Shown piece by piece: positions 23,382 to 38,324 of a stretch of 64,000 nt of DNA. Source of the stretch: Cenococcum geophilum (lineage: Eukaryota); contig CP158635.1 of NCBI GenBank assembly GCA_050273025.1, positions 16,864,001 to 16,928,000 on the forward strand, in the 5' to 3' direction. The translations under genes were made by a program, and so were the position numbers. Numbering within the stretch: the first letter of the stretch is position 1; each line of letters begins with the position of its first letter. The notes beneath the pieces are model-generated. The model saw only the letters and a program-made list of their open reading frames with translations. It had not been told where the DNA came from and did no database searches.

Positions 23382-25143
23382 TTAAAGTAGGTCTCTCTTT
23401 TTCCAATCTCTTCTATATTCTAATTGCTTTAATATTACTGCCGTTATTAACGTCTTATCCTAAGTAACCGTACGATAACCCCCTAAAAAGATTCTCTCTG
23501 GCTTATTACTTATTAATAGGATTAATAGGATTTTAATTGCCTAGCGTGAAAGCTGTAGCCATTGTTTTTGTTATATGTCCTACCACTCTAATATGGGTAT
23601 TTTAATATTGTACAACGCTGCTTTATTATAGTAATCCTTAAATTTATCTTAACTTTAAGGCTAGATGTGTTTCTGCTTTATATTTTAATAAAGCTTCTTA
23701 AACCGATTTAGAGGCTAGGCCTAATTACTTAAAGAATTAGCTGGTTTCTGAAGGCTATTATATAATTAAGAAAAGAATTAATTCTCTCGGCGGAATTTCT
23801 TCTAAAGGCTTTAGACTTTAAGTTTATAGGCGACGTATATATTAATAGGATTACCGTCTATATCCTTAAGCTAGGTTATATAATGTTCTAGATAAAGAAT
23901 ATAAGCCGCAGCGTAGTAAGGCGATTAATCTAGCTTTAAAGCATAGAAGTTAAACTTAGCCTTTACGTATTTAATTTAATTTTTAAGCTATTGGTTTTCT
24001 TTCTACTTAAATTAGTAAAAGCTATTAATATTATTGTACGATATACTAAAGAGATTTTAAAATGTTCCTTAATAATCTTAATAACTTTAAGAATACATTT
24101 AATTATTGCTTATTAACCTTTAAGAAATAGAGTTGCACTCTTAAAGATAGAGAGAAATTGCTCTATTATACGACAGAGAGCAATATCAGAAGGAGTAAGC
24201 TTATCTCTTTTATTAATCGTACCCTTATTAATATGTGCTTTAGTATAGTTGTAAAGTGTATTAAGGACCCCCGTTTTAAGTGTAATATAAAGTATACAGA
24301 ACTAGCTATTCTATCTTATACGATTATTTAGGGGGATTAACTTTCTAAAAAGTGCTTTAAACTTATTTATATAATTAGGTAAGGCATAAATATAGATAAT
24401 AAGATTAAGGATATAGCCTATGTAGCAGAGCCGTTAGAAAGTCTAATTTTAGCCAATTTAATTCTCTATGCTAAGATAAGTTGCCATTATACAATAAAGT
24501 GTATTATTTATGGTAGAATTATGGCTAATAAGGATGCTAATATTTTCTATAATTCTATAATCTTTAAGGACAGGGCAAAGGATTTCCTATTAATTTAAAC
24601 CACTATAGCTATATACCGTACGAAGGGCAATTAAAATATTTTAAAAGTGATTCTAGGTATTAATAAAGCTAGCGCAAATTATAAGTAAAAGGTTATGGCT
24701 TAGTAAGGTCCAGATATCGACAGCGAGATGGATACTTATTTATGGCGATTAAAGCCTTTTTTATATAATATCTTTTGCTTGCGGAAACTAAGCCCCTACC
24801 CTCTATTTAATTATATTATAAGATGCTGGCATAAATATACGGCCCTATGGATTTATTGCCTAAATAAAGGCATACTATTTTGGCCATTTTATATATAAAA
24901 ACGGAAGCCGTTATACAATAATTAGATCTAGGAGGGTTTGGTTAACGACCTGTTAATTAACTATACGCTAAAGAATCTCTTAATTAAGGTCGTCTTTACT
25001 ATTACTAAGCTAGAGAAGAAGCTTAGTGTATAACGCTTTAATGGTTTCGGAAGCTATTATATAAATACTAAAGTTAGGTATCTTACTAATGGTAATTCTA
25101 TAAACACTCTCTAGATGCTATTTTATATTTATTATACTTTAAG
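23382..25143 (-). pseudogene. hAT-family transposase pseudogene, 5' part interrupted by E3
   Basis: IHLAVDIWT catalytic motif near 24710-24740; C-terminal dimerization motif (de-RIP WPQLSRWAIEILSIP..SDEPERIFS). Confidence 0.88.
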
Positions 25144-28100
25144 TGTTACGGACGCTTTAAGTACGATATTATAACTACTAGGAGAGGAGTTGGAAGCAGC
25201 TAGTTAGTTAATTAAGGTACGATTTAGGATGGAGCCGATAGAACTATATAATAAGGAATAGTAGCTAAGGTTATATATAAGGCGTATATTACGTATAAAG
25301 AGGATTTCTTAGAAGTACGGTTGTGTATTTAAAGGACTATAGTCCCTACCTAGATAGTTCTTCTCTTTGTAGTAAATCTTAGAATATAATTGGAGTTAAT
25401 TTGTTGGGCAACTACTCTACTAGTTATTATTACGTTATTGACTTCTTGTTTACCTATATACCTAGCCCATTAATAAGTCTACCGTATTTCCTACTATAAG
25501 GCTTTATTATATATTTACTACTAAGGTTACAGTATTAATAAAGTTAAATAATATACCACTAAAAGTAGTAGCCACGATAGCGTTAACAGCGGCGACTACC
25601 TTAGGATTAGGTAATAACACTAATATAGTAGATACTAACTTGTAATTAGTTACTGTTAGACAGCTATAGGAAATAGTTAATTAATTAATAGACAATAATA
25701 GGATATTTAAAGAAAGGATTAATGGGATTAGAGCAGCTAAGGTTAAGTTACCCTTAATTAAGCGATTTTTAGGGGAGAAGTTAAAACTTAAAAGATTCCT
25801 TATATAAATGCACTTTAAGGTTATATAGGAAGGAGTAAAACTAGGAACGCCTATAGATTAAGTCACTTATATAGGATTGTTTTTAACAGGAAGGGCACTT
25901 AAGTGGTTTAAGCCTTACCTTATAGTGGTATAGGAATATAGTATAATAACTACTAACCTAGAGGTACGATATATATTCTTAAGTTGGAATGGGTTCGCGG
26001 AACACTTAACGCAAATATTTAAAGACTTAAAGGTAACTACTATAGCGGAACAAAAACTTCAAAACCTAGTATAAAGGACTTTAGTAATTAAATATATAAT
26101 ATAGTTTTAAATATTAGCAATATAAGTCGAATAGAATAATAAAGCGCTTATAGTATAGTATAAGTAAGGACTTAAAGCAAAAGTCTAAGACGTAATTATT
26201 TTGATAGAAGATGCGGATACTCTTAGGGATTTAATTAATTAAGTAATTAAGATCGATAATAGGATCTACTAAAGAGAGTAGACTAAGAAGGGTTAGAATA
26301 GAGTTCTATAGTTGTATAAGGTGTAAGGCACGTAATAATAAAGTTAAAGTTAGAAATTATGGTATGGCGTAGAGCTAATAGACCTAAGTAATACTAAAGA
26401 AAACTAAAAATAAAATTAACGACTATAGAAACCTAGAGGATAAGAATTAAGTAATTAAAGGTTTAAGGAGTAGAGGCTAAACTAGGGATCTTAGTAGCAG
26501 AAGACGTTTAGGCGGACTCTATAGTAAGAAAAATGGTTTAAAAAAGGGGCTTATATAAATTACGGAAAATAGGGTTATTACGTTAAAGACTATAGAAGTA
26601 GTTAGAATTACTATATAGTAAAAGAAATAAGACTAGTAGAAGACATACATGTATAGAGAGATAATAGTATACTATAAGGAATAAAAGAATGTTTAATTAA
26701 CAGTTTTACGTTTTATTATAATAACGTATACCAAATTTATAAGGATGCTAAGTATGGCGTAAGCTATTAGCTATAGGAGCCAAAATTATTAAAGTTTAGA
26801 GGAACTAACGAACTAGTTTATAGATTGGATATTAAGAATAATAAATTTAATATAGGTAAAATATTCTATAATAATAAGGTAATAAAGGTAGCTTATTAGG
26901 AGTATATAGACCTTAAAGATGTTATATAAGAGGTAAAGAATAATTCCACTATAGAATAGGGAATATTAGTAGGGATTAAGACCCTACTAGATATAATATC
27001 TATTACTTTATAAGACGTAAGAGAAGTAAAATAGCGAACTACTTTAGCACTTAGTAAAGGTAAAAGGCTATAGGCTTAAGATTTTTAAGAAGAGATATAA
27101 GACGCTTAAGATTTCTAAGACGGGATAAGATAAGCTTAAGGACTTATAATAGACGATAACTAATAGAGTAGAGTAATAGCTTAGTTTAGTAATATATAAA
27201 TAAGCTTAGGACGAAGTTTCCTAAAAGCACTAGACTCTTAAGACAAAATAAGTAAAATTTAAAACTTTTAAGATAAGACGAAAACACTATAGAAGCCTAG
27301 TTAAACTAAGGCTAGAGCTAAGCTTAAGACAGAAGTAAGCTTAGGATTAAGAATCCTATAGGACTAAGACTTCTAGATATAAATAAGGACTATTAAATAA
27401 ACTAAGATTAAGAAGTAAGAAGACTTTAAGGATTTACTTATAAGGCGAAAACTAAAAGAAACTAAAGAGGAGTTTAGATAGAGAATCCTTATATAGTAAG
27501 AATAAAAGCTAGACTAGAGATTTAGTATATTAGGTTATATAAGGGATAGAGTACCTATATAAAGAATTACTAATAGGCTTAGGGTAGGTATATTAAGAGC
27601 TAAGTAGCTTATTAAACTAGAAGATAAAGAGGATCTAGAAATCCCTACTGGGTTTAAGAAACAATATATAAAGGGCTGTTACGATATAGTAATAAGAAGA
27701 TACTTCCTTATAAGATAAGCCGTATATACTCTAGTAGCTATACTAAAAGTAGTATAGGCAGCGATATAACGATAAGTGGGAAGATTTCTATATATAGTTG
27801 GATAAATAAGTTATTTAGGACTACCCTATTATAGAAAAGGCTATAACATATATTAAAGGAGCCTTAATTATAATATTAAAGGATTTAAAGGAATAATTAG
27901 AGGACTAAAGAAGTAAGAGACGTATTTTAGTACCTACGAATAAAGTTATAACGTTTAGATTAACATAATAGAGGTTTAAACTTAAAGATAAAGATAAGTT
28001 AAGAGTTAACCTAAAGTACCTAGCGTATTATACGTTATTATAGATTATATATATAGATAATATATGCGAAATATATAAGATTCTAAAAGAAAAGAATTAG

Positions 28101-29839
28101 AAGTACCTTATAAGAATATATTAGGCGCCAGATAAGTAATAGTATAGAAATACTAAGTATATACACAGCTAGTATCTAATAAAAGTTTAGGAGTTAGAGG
28201 ACTTAATACTTTAACTAAGAAGATTTTTTATAGAAAAATGCTTAAATAAACGATAGTAGTGGGAATGCCTAGAAAATACATGTCTATAGTATATTAAAGA
28301 TAAAAAGTAAACTAAGTATTAGCTAAAGAGTAAGCTAAGTATATAAGGATTAAGTAGCTAATAGTTAGGAAAAGTAGAGGCCTATAAAATTAGAGGGAGC
28401 TAGTAGTAGAGCCTTAGACCCTTAAAGGGATTTAAAAATAATACCTAAATTTATAAGTTAATTAGTAAGATTAGTAGTTTAAAGCATTAATAGATAGTAG
28501 AGCAACTAGAAACTATATTTTACTAGTAGTAGTAAAAAAAATGGGATTACCTTATAGATAAAAAGAGTAACTTTACCTATTAATTATAATTTTAGGAGAT
28601 CCGATAGCCTATAGAGGAGGCATTATTAACCTTAAAATAGGACCTATTTAAATAACTATTAAAGGGAGATAAATTAAGATATCTTTTAATATCCTACTAT
28701 TAGGACAGGATAGGGCAGTATTAGGAATGCCTTAGTTATAGAAATATAATCTAAAGATTAATTAAATTATAGGTTAGGTTAATATTAGAGATACTTAATA
28801 ATATAAAATATAATAATAGACTAAGTTAGTATAGTACTAAGTTAGAGTAATATATAAAGAAACTAAGCGAGGTTTAAGTTATATACTAAAGAGATATTAT
28901 AAGTATAGTAAGAAGCTATAGAGCCTAAAAAGTAAAAGCTAGTAAATTATATAGTATAGAACTATAAAATAGAGTTAGAACTAGGAATAAGTTTAAGGTT
29001 CTTTCTAATCTATAAATTTACCTAAAAGGAGTTAAGAGTACTTAAAGAGTTTGTCTAGGAGAACTTATAAAAGGGATATATTAGACTATTATAGTTATTA
29101 GCAAGATATCTAGTACTATTTATACTAAAGAAGAACGGGAAACTTAGGCTATATATTAACTATAAATAGTTAAATAGTATTACTCGGAAGGATAGGTATT
29201 CTTTACCCTTAATTAGCGAAATCTAAGATTAGATAGGTAGTGCGCAAATCTTTATAAAGATAGATCTAAGATAGGTATATTATTAGATTAGAATTAAGAA
29301 AGGTAATAAATAAAAAGCAGCTTTTAGGTTAAGAGAAGGGCTATATAAACTATTAGTTATATAATTTAGATTAATAAATGCATTAGTAACGTTTTAGAAA
29401 CAAATTAATAGTATATTAGGAGAACACCTTAATAAGTTTATTATAGTATACCTCAACGACATTATTATCTACTTAATAACTAGGGAAGAGTGTAGAGAAT
29501 ACGTTAAATAGGTCTTAAAGAGACTATAAGAAGAACAGATACTAGTAGTAATTAAGAAATATAAGTTCTTTATTAGGAAGACTAATTTTGTTAAATTTAT
29601 TATTAAACTAGGTTATATTAGTATAGACCTAAAGAAGATTAAAGCTATAGTAAGTTGGTAAGAACTAGAGAATATAACGCAGTTAAGGTTATTCTTAGGG
29701 TTTTATAACTACTATAGAAGGTTTATAGCATAATAGTTAAAGAATATTAAACCGTTTACTAGGCTTATAAAGAAAGAGGAACTATTATAGTAGTGTGATT
29801 TGGCCCCCTAGATTTAACATCTAGATTAAGCGTAGCTTT

Positions 29840-32800
29840 TGTAACGGAACCTTGTAGTAAGAACTACGATGGGCTCGTTATTAGGCTAGGTGTGTAGGAA
29901 ATGCAAGTATAAAAGTTAACAACGTAATAACAACTGGTGGAGTAGTTGCCTAATAGATTAACTCTAATTATATTCTAAGAATTACTATAAGGAAGGAACT
30001 ATCTAGGTAGGGATTAAGGGTCCTTAAATATATAACCGTACTCCTATAAAATCCTTCTTATACGTAATATACGTCTTATCTATATTAAATATAACGTCCT
30101 TTATATTTAGTGTAGCTAATATATTTAACTATTATGTGACTTGCTTATTATTCCTTATTATATAGTTCTACGGGTTCTATCCTGGTCTATATCTATATTA
30201 ACTAACTAGCTTCTTCTATTTCTTCTTTAAGTAGTTATAGTATTATACTTAAAGCGTTCGTAATACTATCTCCCTCCTCTTTATCTTTGTCCTTAAAGAT
30301 ACCTAGTATCTCTAGGTTGTTTACTAGAGGTATAATATCCGTCTAATTAATTTAGTTAATATTATTGCTTATTATACCTAAAGCAATTTCTTCCCTCTCT
30401 TAGGTTAAGCGTCACCTTCGTACCGTCTCCTTAATACTATTACTTAGTAAAGTAATAGCAATCCCTTACTCTTGTTATATAAAAGAGGGGTTAAGTTATA
30501 TTATAATTGCGAGTCCTTCTAGTTACTAACCCTCCTTTTATTCTAAATGTACTTGCGCTAATATACGTTTATTATATAACGTTTATTCTATATTTAATAC
30601 TAAGTATTTATATCCTATTACTCTTAATAGTCTTTAAGTTCCCTAAGTAATTTATTATAGGGTCTTATGTTTAATCTACTGCTGCGAAGCTTAATAGTAA
30701 GCTAGCCTCTACGCTGCTTAAGGTTTAGCGTACCTTAGAAGAGTCTATACGTATCCTTAAAGCTTAGCGTCTAGCTTATACTCATCTTTAGCGTTTAAAA
30801 TATATCTATAAGAAAGTTCGTTTAAAGGAGTAGAAGCTTATTTAATAAGGTCTTTAGGAACTAGGTAATAAAAGAACGGATTTTCTTCTAATAAAGAAGG
30901 AAATAAATCTAAGTAGTTTAGCAACTGCTCTTCTTAGGTCCCCCTTAGGTAACTTATTCTTTAGCGATCCTTTTTTATTAATACTGCCTAACCTAATCTC
31001 TTCTAATACTCCTATACCTTTCCTATAGCGTTCTTTAAATTCTTTAGTAGCTTCTAGGTAGTCTTAGTGTAGCCTATTTACTTAACCTTATACTATATCT
31101 TATTATTAATATCCTTATAATTAATAATCTTTAATACTTACTATTTATCTTCTTTTTATCCTCTATATATGTCTGCTTTATAAACCAGTGGCTTAATATT
31201 CCTATATACTGGCTCTAGTATTGCGATATACTATATAGGGTAGATCTTTATTTTAGTTAGTAGGTTTAACTTAAATATAACTAGTGAAATCTTTTATATA
31301 ATTTTAAAAGGTCTTAGTTTAACGTAGTCCAACTTCTTACTTAGTTGTTAACTCTTAAAAATTTTATATAGTAGCTATACTTTATCTCTCTCCTTAAGAT
31401 CTAGTCCCTTAGATCTCTTAGCATTATAGTACTTTTTTATTCTTTCTTATACTTTCTTTACTAATTCTATAAGGTCTACATAAAGATTTATTAACGTCTT
31501 TATTTTTTCTTTAGCTGTACTACTTGTTTTCTTTATTTACTATAGTAACAACGATATTCTTAGCTTATATCTATAATTTGCCTTAAATAGTAATATACCT
31601 ATTCCTTCTTAAGGTATTATATTATATGCAAACTATATAACTAGTAATAGTAATACCTAATTATTCTATGCATAATTAATATAATGCCTTAGATACTACT
31701 CTAGTGTCTAGTTTAATCTTTCTATTTAACTGTCTATCTGCGGATAGTATGCGGTAAAAGTTACTACTTAAACTCTTTGCTCTACTAAGAATACTTCCTA
31801 AAATACTGCTATAAATCTTAGATCTCTATCTAATATAATTTTATTTAGTGCTCTATGTCTTATAAATACTTCTTTAATATAGATTCTAGTAATATCTTCC
31901 GCTAATATTTCTTCCGTATAGGCTATAAAGTATCCCTACTTTATAAGCTTGTCTATTATTACTAAAATTATATTATAATCTTATCCGGTAATAGGATCTT
32001 TTAATTTTAGTAACTTAATAATAAAGTCCTATAATATAACCTTTTATAGTCTTTCTAGTATTTTAATAGGTTATAGCCCTCTATACGGCTTATACCTTAT
32101 TAGTTTATTCCTTTAGTAATTTAGATATTTCTTTATAACCTTTCTAGCTATTCTTTAGATTCTGTTAATAATATACTCCTTCTAGAGTCTTAACACTAAG
32201 CCCATAGCTCCATTATGTCCTTAAGTTAGTCCCTTATAAAAATCTTCTATAAACTACTCTACTATACTTTTTAGGATATACTTCACTTCTTAATTTTTAT
32301 ATATATCCGTCTATAGATCTTCTAGCTATACTTCTAGAATTCTTTATACCTAAAAGCTTTCCGGTATCTCGTAAACTTTCTTTAGTTTATTATCTTCTTA
32401 AGTTACTATAATTTTTAGATAATTATATCTAATTAATCCGTCTATATCTTTTCGCAATAAAGCCCCTAATAGCTTTTCCTTATTTTATGGTTCAGCTTTA
32501 CGGCTTAGAGCATCTGCCCGCGTATTGTCTATACCTTTAGTATACTAAATCTTAAAATAGTATTCTATAAGCATCTCTACCTATCTAACCTATCTTTAGT
32601 TAAGTTCCTTTATTATTAGGAATCCTATTAGGTTCTTATAATCCGTCTTAACTATAAATAGTTTCTTTGTGCCTTATAAGAATGCTCTCTATTCCTTTAA
32701 TACTGTAACTATACCTAATAACTCCTTATTATAGATGTTATAGTTTAACTCTAGTAGTGTTATCTTTTAACTATAGTATGCCACTAGGTGCCATCTATCT

Positions 32801-35800
32801 TAATATCTTTATATAAAGTATACCCCTAGTATATAGTCTAATGCATCCATCTCTATAACCGTCTCTAGTTCTAGTTAATAGATCTTAAAAACTAGCTCCT
32901 AGGTAAACAACTCTTTAACTTTCTTAAAGAGTTCTCTTTACTCCTCTTTTTATACCTATAGTTCTTCTTTCTTTATTAACCTTATAAGTGGCTTAATATC
33001 CTTTAACTACTGCGCTATAAACCTTCTATAGTAATTGCAAAACCCTAAAAACAATCTTAACTGTATAACGTTCTCTAGTTCCTACTAATTTACTATAGCC
33101 TTAATCTTCTTTAGATCTATGCTAAATTGGCCTAGTTTAATAATAAATTTAATAAAATTAGTCTTCCTAGTAAAGAACTCGCATTTTTTAATTACTACTA
33201 GCATCTATTCTTCTTATAGTCTCTTTAAGACCTATTTAACGTATTCCTTATATTCTTCCTTAATTATTAAGTAGATAATAATATTATTAAAATATACCAT
33301 AATAAATTTATCTAAGTATTCTCCTAATATATTATTAATACGCTTCTAGAACGTTACTAGTGCGTTTATAAGTCTAAATTATATAACTAATAGTTTATAT
33401 AGTCCTTCCTTTAACCTAAAGGCTGCCTTTTATTTATTGCCCTCCTTAATCCTAATCTAATAGTACGCCCATCTTAGATCTATCTTCGTAAAAATTTACG
33501 TATTACCTATTCTATCTTAGATTTCGCTAATTAAGGGTAAAGAATACCTATCCTTTTTAGTAATACTATTTAACTATTTATAGTTAATATACAGCCTTAG
33601 TTTGCTATTTTTCTTTAGTATAAACAGTACTGGATATTCTGCTAATAACTGCGATAGTCTAATATATCCCTTTTATAAGTTCTCTTAGATAAACTCTTTT
33701 AATGCTCTATCTTCTTCTTTAGTAAGCTTATAGATTAGAAAGAACCTTAAACTTATTTTTAGTTCTAATTCTATCTTATAGTCCTATACTGTATATTCTA
33801 ATAGCTTTTTACTTTTTAGTAACTATAGTTTCTTACTATACTTATAGTATCTCTTTAGTATATAACTTAGTCCTTTTTTTATTTCTTTATAGGTTGCTTC
33901 TACTTAGTACTATACTAACTTAGCTTATTATTATATCTTGCGGCATTAAGTATTTCTAATATTAACCTAACCTATAATCCAATTAATCCTTAAATTATAT
34001 TCCTATAACTAAGGTATACCTAATACTGCCTTATCCTATCCTAATAGTAGAATATTAAAAGACATCTTAATTTATCTTCCTTTAATAGTTATCTAAATAG
34101 GTCCTGTTTTAAGATTAATAATCCCTCCTCTATAGGTTATTAGATCTCCTAAAATTGTAACTAATAGGTAAGGTTACTCCTTTTGTCTATAAGGTAGTCC
34201 CATTCTTTTAACTACTACTAGTAAAATATAGTTTTGCGTTACTCTACTATTTATTAGCGCTTTAAACTGCTAATCTTACTAATTAATTTATAAATTTAGG
34301 TATTGTCCTTAAATTCCTTTAAGGGTCTAAGGCTCTACTACTAGCTCCCTTTAGTCCTATAGGCCTCTACTTTTCCTAACTATTAGCTGCTTAATCCTAG
34401 TATACTTAGCTTATTTTTTAGCTAATACCTAGTTCGCTTTTTATCTTTAATATACTATAGATATATATTTTCTAAGCATTTCTACTACTATTATCCGTCT
34501 AAGCATTCTTCTATAAGGAATCTTCCTGGTTAAAGTACTAAACTTCCTTCCTCTTAGACCTCTGCTGGATGCTATCTATATATATATTTAGCATTCCTAT
34601 ACTATTATTTATCCGTTATCTAGTATATCCTTATAGAGTATTTCCGATTTTTTTCCTTTAGATTCTTATATATTTTGTATATATTATCTATATACACAAT
34701 CTATAATAACGTATAGTATACTAGGTGCTTTAGGTTAACTCTTAGCTCGTTTTTATCCCTAAGTTTAAATCTTTATTATACTAATTTAAATATTATAACT
34801 TTATTTGCAGGTACTAAGATACGTCTCTTGCTTCTTTAGTCCTCTAAATATTCCTTTAGATCCTTTAACGTTATAATTAAGGCTCCTTTAATATGCGTTA
34901 TAGCCTTCTCTATAATTAGGTGGTTTTAGATAACTTTTTTATCCAACCATATATAGAAATCTTCCCACTTATCATTATACCTTTGCCTATATTACTTTTA
35001 GTATAGCTACTAAAGTATATACGGTCTATCCATAAGGAAGTATCTTCTTATTACTGTATTGTAATAGCCCTTTATATATTATTCCTTAAACCTAGTTAGA
35101 ATTCCTAGATCCTCTTTATCTTTTAATTTAGTAAGCTACTTAGCTCTTAGTATGCTTACTCTCAGTCTATTAGTAATTCTTTATACTAATACTCTATCCT
35201 TTATACGTCCTAATATGCTAAATCTCTTATCTAGTTTCTATTCTTGCTATACAATAATTCTTTACCTAAATTCTTCTATAGTTTCTTTTAATTTGCGCCT
35301 TATACTCTAATCCTTAAAGTTATCTTATTTCTTAATCCTAGTATTAACTTTTTAATCTTTAGTCCGAACACTTTATTTAACTGCCTCTTATCTATAGGTG
35401 TCCTAATTTATACCCCAAATTCTTAACCCCTTAGGCTCTTTAATCCTAAGCTTACTTCTAACTTAAGCTTAGCTTTAGCCTTAGTTTAACTAGGCTTACT
35501 TAGTATTCTTATCTTATCTTAAGAGTCTTAAATCTCACTTATCTTGTCTTAAAAATCTTATACCTATAAGAACTTCCGTCCTAAGCTTATTCGTATATTT
35601 TTAAACTAAGCTACTACTCTACTCTATTGGTTATCGTCCGTTATAGGTCCTTAAGCTTACCTTATCTCGTTTTAAGAATCTTAGTTATCTTTTATCTCGC
35701 TATAAGAATCTTAAGCCTTTAGCCTTTTGCCTTTATTAAGTGCTAAAGTAGTTTACTATCCTACTTCTCTTACGTCTTATAAAGTAATAGACATTATATC

Positions 35801-37710
35801 TAGTAGGGTTTTAATCCCTACTAATATTCCCTATTTTATAGTGGAATTATCCTCTACCTCTAGTATAATATCTCTAAGGTCTGCTTACTCCTAGTAAGCG
35901 GCCCTTATTACCTTATCATTACGGAATATTTTACCTAGGTTAAATTTATCGTCCTTAATATCCAATCTACAAACTAGTTCGTTGGTTCCTTTATATCCTA
36001 TAGGTGCTAGCTCTTATAGCTAATAGCTTACGCCATACTTAGTATCCTTATAAATTTAGTATACGTTATTATAACAAAACGCAAAACTTTTAATTAAACA
36101 CTCTTTTGTTCCTTATAGCATATTATCGTCCCTTTATATATATATATTGTCTATTAGTCTTATACCTTTTACTATATAGTAACTCTACCCACTTCTATAG
36201 TCTTTAATGTAATAACCCTATTTTCCGTAATTTATATAAGCTCCTTTTTTAAACTATTTCTCTTACTATAGAGTCCGCCTAAATATCTTCTGCTATTAAG
36301 ATCCCTAATTTGGCCTCTACTCCTTAGACCTTTAATTACTTAATCCTTATCCTCTAGGTTTCTATAGTTTGCTCCATTTCTTATAGGTTTCTTTAGTACC
36401 ACTTAGGTCTATTAACTCTACGCTATTCTATAGTTTTTAACTTAGCTTTTATTATTACGTACTCTGCGCCTTATATAACTATAAAACTCTATCCTAGCCT
36501 TTTTTAGCCTATTCCCTTTAGTAGATCTAATTATTAATCTTAATTACCTAATCTATTAGTTCCCTTAGGGTATCTGTATCTTCTATTAGGATAATTACGT
36601 CCTAAACTTTAGCCTTAAGTCCCTATTTATACTATACTATAAGTACCCTATTATTCTACTCTACTTATATTGCTAGTATCTAGAACTATATCGTATACTT
36701 AATTACTAAAGTTTATTACATAAAATTCTAGAGTTTTCTTTCCGCTATAGTTATTTCTTCTAGGTCTCTAAATATCTGCGTAAGTTGTTCTATAAATCCT
36801 TCCTAACTTAAAAATATAAATCGCACGTCTTAATTAGTAGTTATTATTCCATTTACCTATATCTCTATAAGGTAAGGTTTAAACTACTTAAGTGCTTTTC
36901 CTAATAAGAATAGTCCTATATAGGCTATCCGATCCACAGGTATAGGTAACTTTACTTCTTCTTATAAAACCTTAAAGTATATCTATATAAAGAATCCTTT
37001 AAGCTTTAACCTCTCTTCTATAAATCTCTTAATTAATAGTAGCTTAATCTTTGCTGCTTTTATCCCGTTAAATCTTTCTTCTAATACTATATTATTAGCT
37101 ATTAGCTAGTTAACTATTTCCTATAGCTATTTAACCGTCATAGGTTGCTATAAGTTAGTATCTACCATACTAGTATCACCTCCTATCCTTAAAGTAGTTG
37201 CTGCCGTTAATGGCGTTATAGTAGCTGCTTTTAGTGGCATATTATTTAACTTCTTATATTAATACTATAACTAGGTAGTAATTATATAACAGAACCTTGT
37301 AGCAAGAACTATAATAGGCTTATTATTAGGCTAGGTGTATAGGAAATGCAAGTATAAAAGTTAACAACGTAATAACAACTAGTAGAGTGGTTGCCTAATA
37401 GATTAACTCTAATTATATTCTAAGAATTACTATAAGGAAGGAACTATCTAGGTAGGGACTAAAGGTCCTTAAATACATAACCGTACTCCTATGAAATCCT
37501 TCTTATATGTAATATATGTCTTATCTATATTAAACGTGACGTCCCTTACGTTTAGCGCAGCTAATACGTTTAACTATTATGTGACTCGCTTACCATTCCT
37601 CGTTACATGGTTCTACGGGTTCTATCCTAGTCCGTGCCTATATTAACCAACTAGCTTCTTCCGTCTCTTCTCTAAGTAGTCGTAGCATCGTACTTAAAGC
37701 GTCCGTAACA
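29840..37710 (-). mobile_element. E4: full-length subfamily-A Gypsy inserted in the 5' LTR of E6
   Basis: 426-bp LTRs 29840-30265 and 37285-37710; TSD GCTTT; gag ATG at 37240, pol end at 30961. Confidence 0.97.
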
Positions 37711-38324
37711 GCTTTAGGAGAGCCTAGGCCTTTTATAAGTTATATAAATCGGTTTAGAGCCCTTAGAGTCTTTAATAACTTAGGTAAAACTAATAGATAT
37801 ACAATTTTCCTTTAATATACTCTTCTCTTTCTCTTCTTACTGCTTAATTCTAACTAATGGTGACTGACTAATAGACTGACTGACCGACTGATAGACAGCA
37901 CTAAGACTTTCTTATCTTAGAGAGGTCGTACCCTCCTATATATTTTATGGCATTCTATATAGGGACGACGGCAAGCTCTTTAGATTGGAAGTCTGGTGCT
38001 CTATATATAGGAGATATATAGGAACGATCTGGAACTGCGATAAAACGACTAAGATAAAGAAGTACGGGCATATAAGCGACCTATGCGCAGCTACCGCTAT
38101 AAAAAATAAACCAATGACACTTGCCAAGCTCTCTATGCGGGAATAGTGGTCGGTAAGTAGCGACGAGAAGGCGAGTACGTAGTATAGTAAGACGAAGGAT
38201 AAAAGGAAGGACTATAGTACACCAGGAACAGTAGAGAAAAGTCTTTTATATTTTATTTACTATATTTACAACAGTTTATACTATTATTCTTATATTTATT
38301 AGAGCTACCTTTAAATTTATAATA

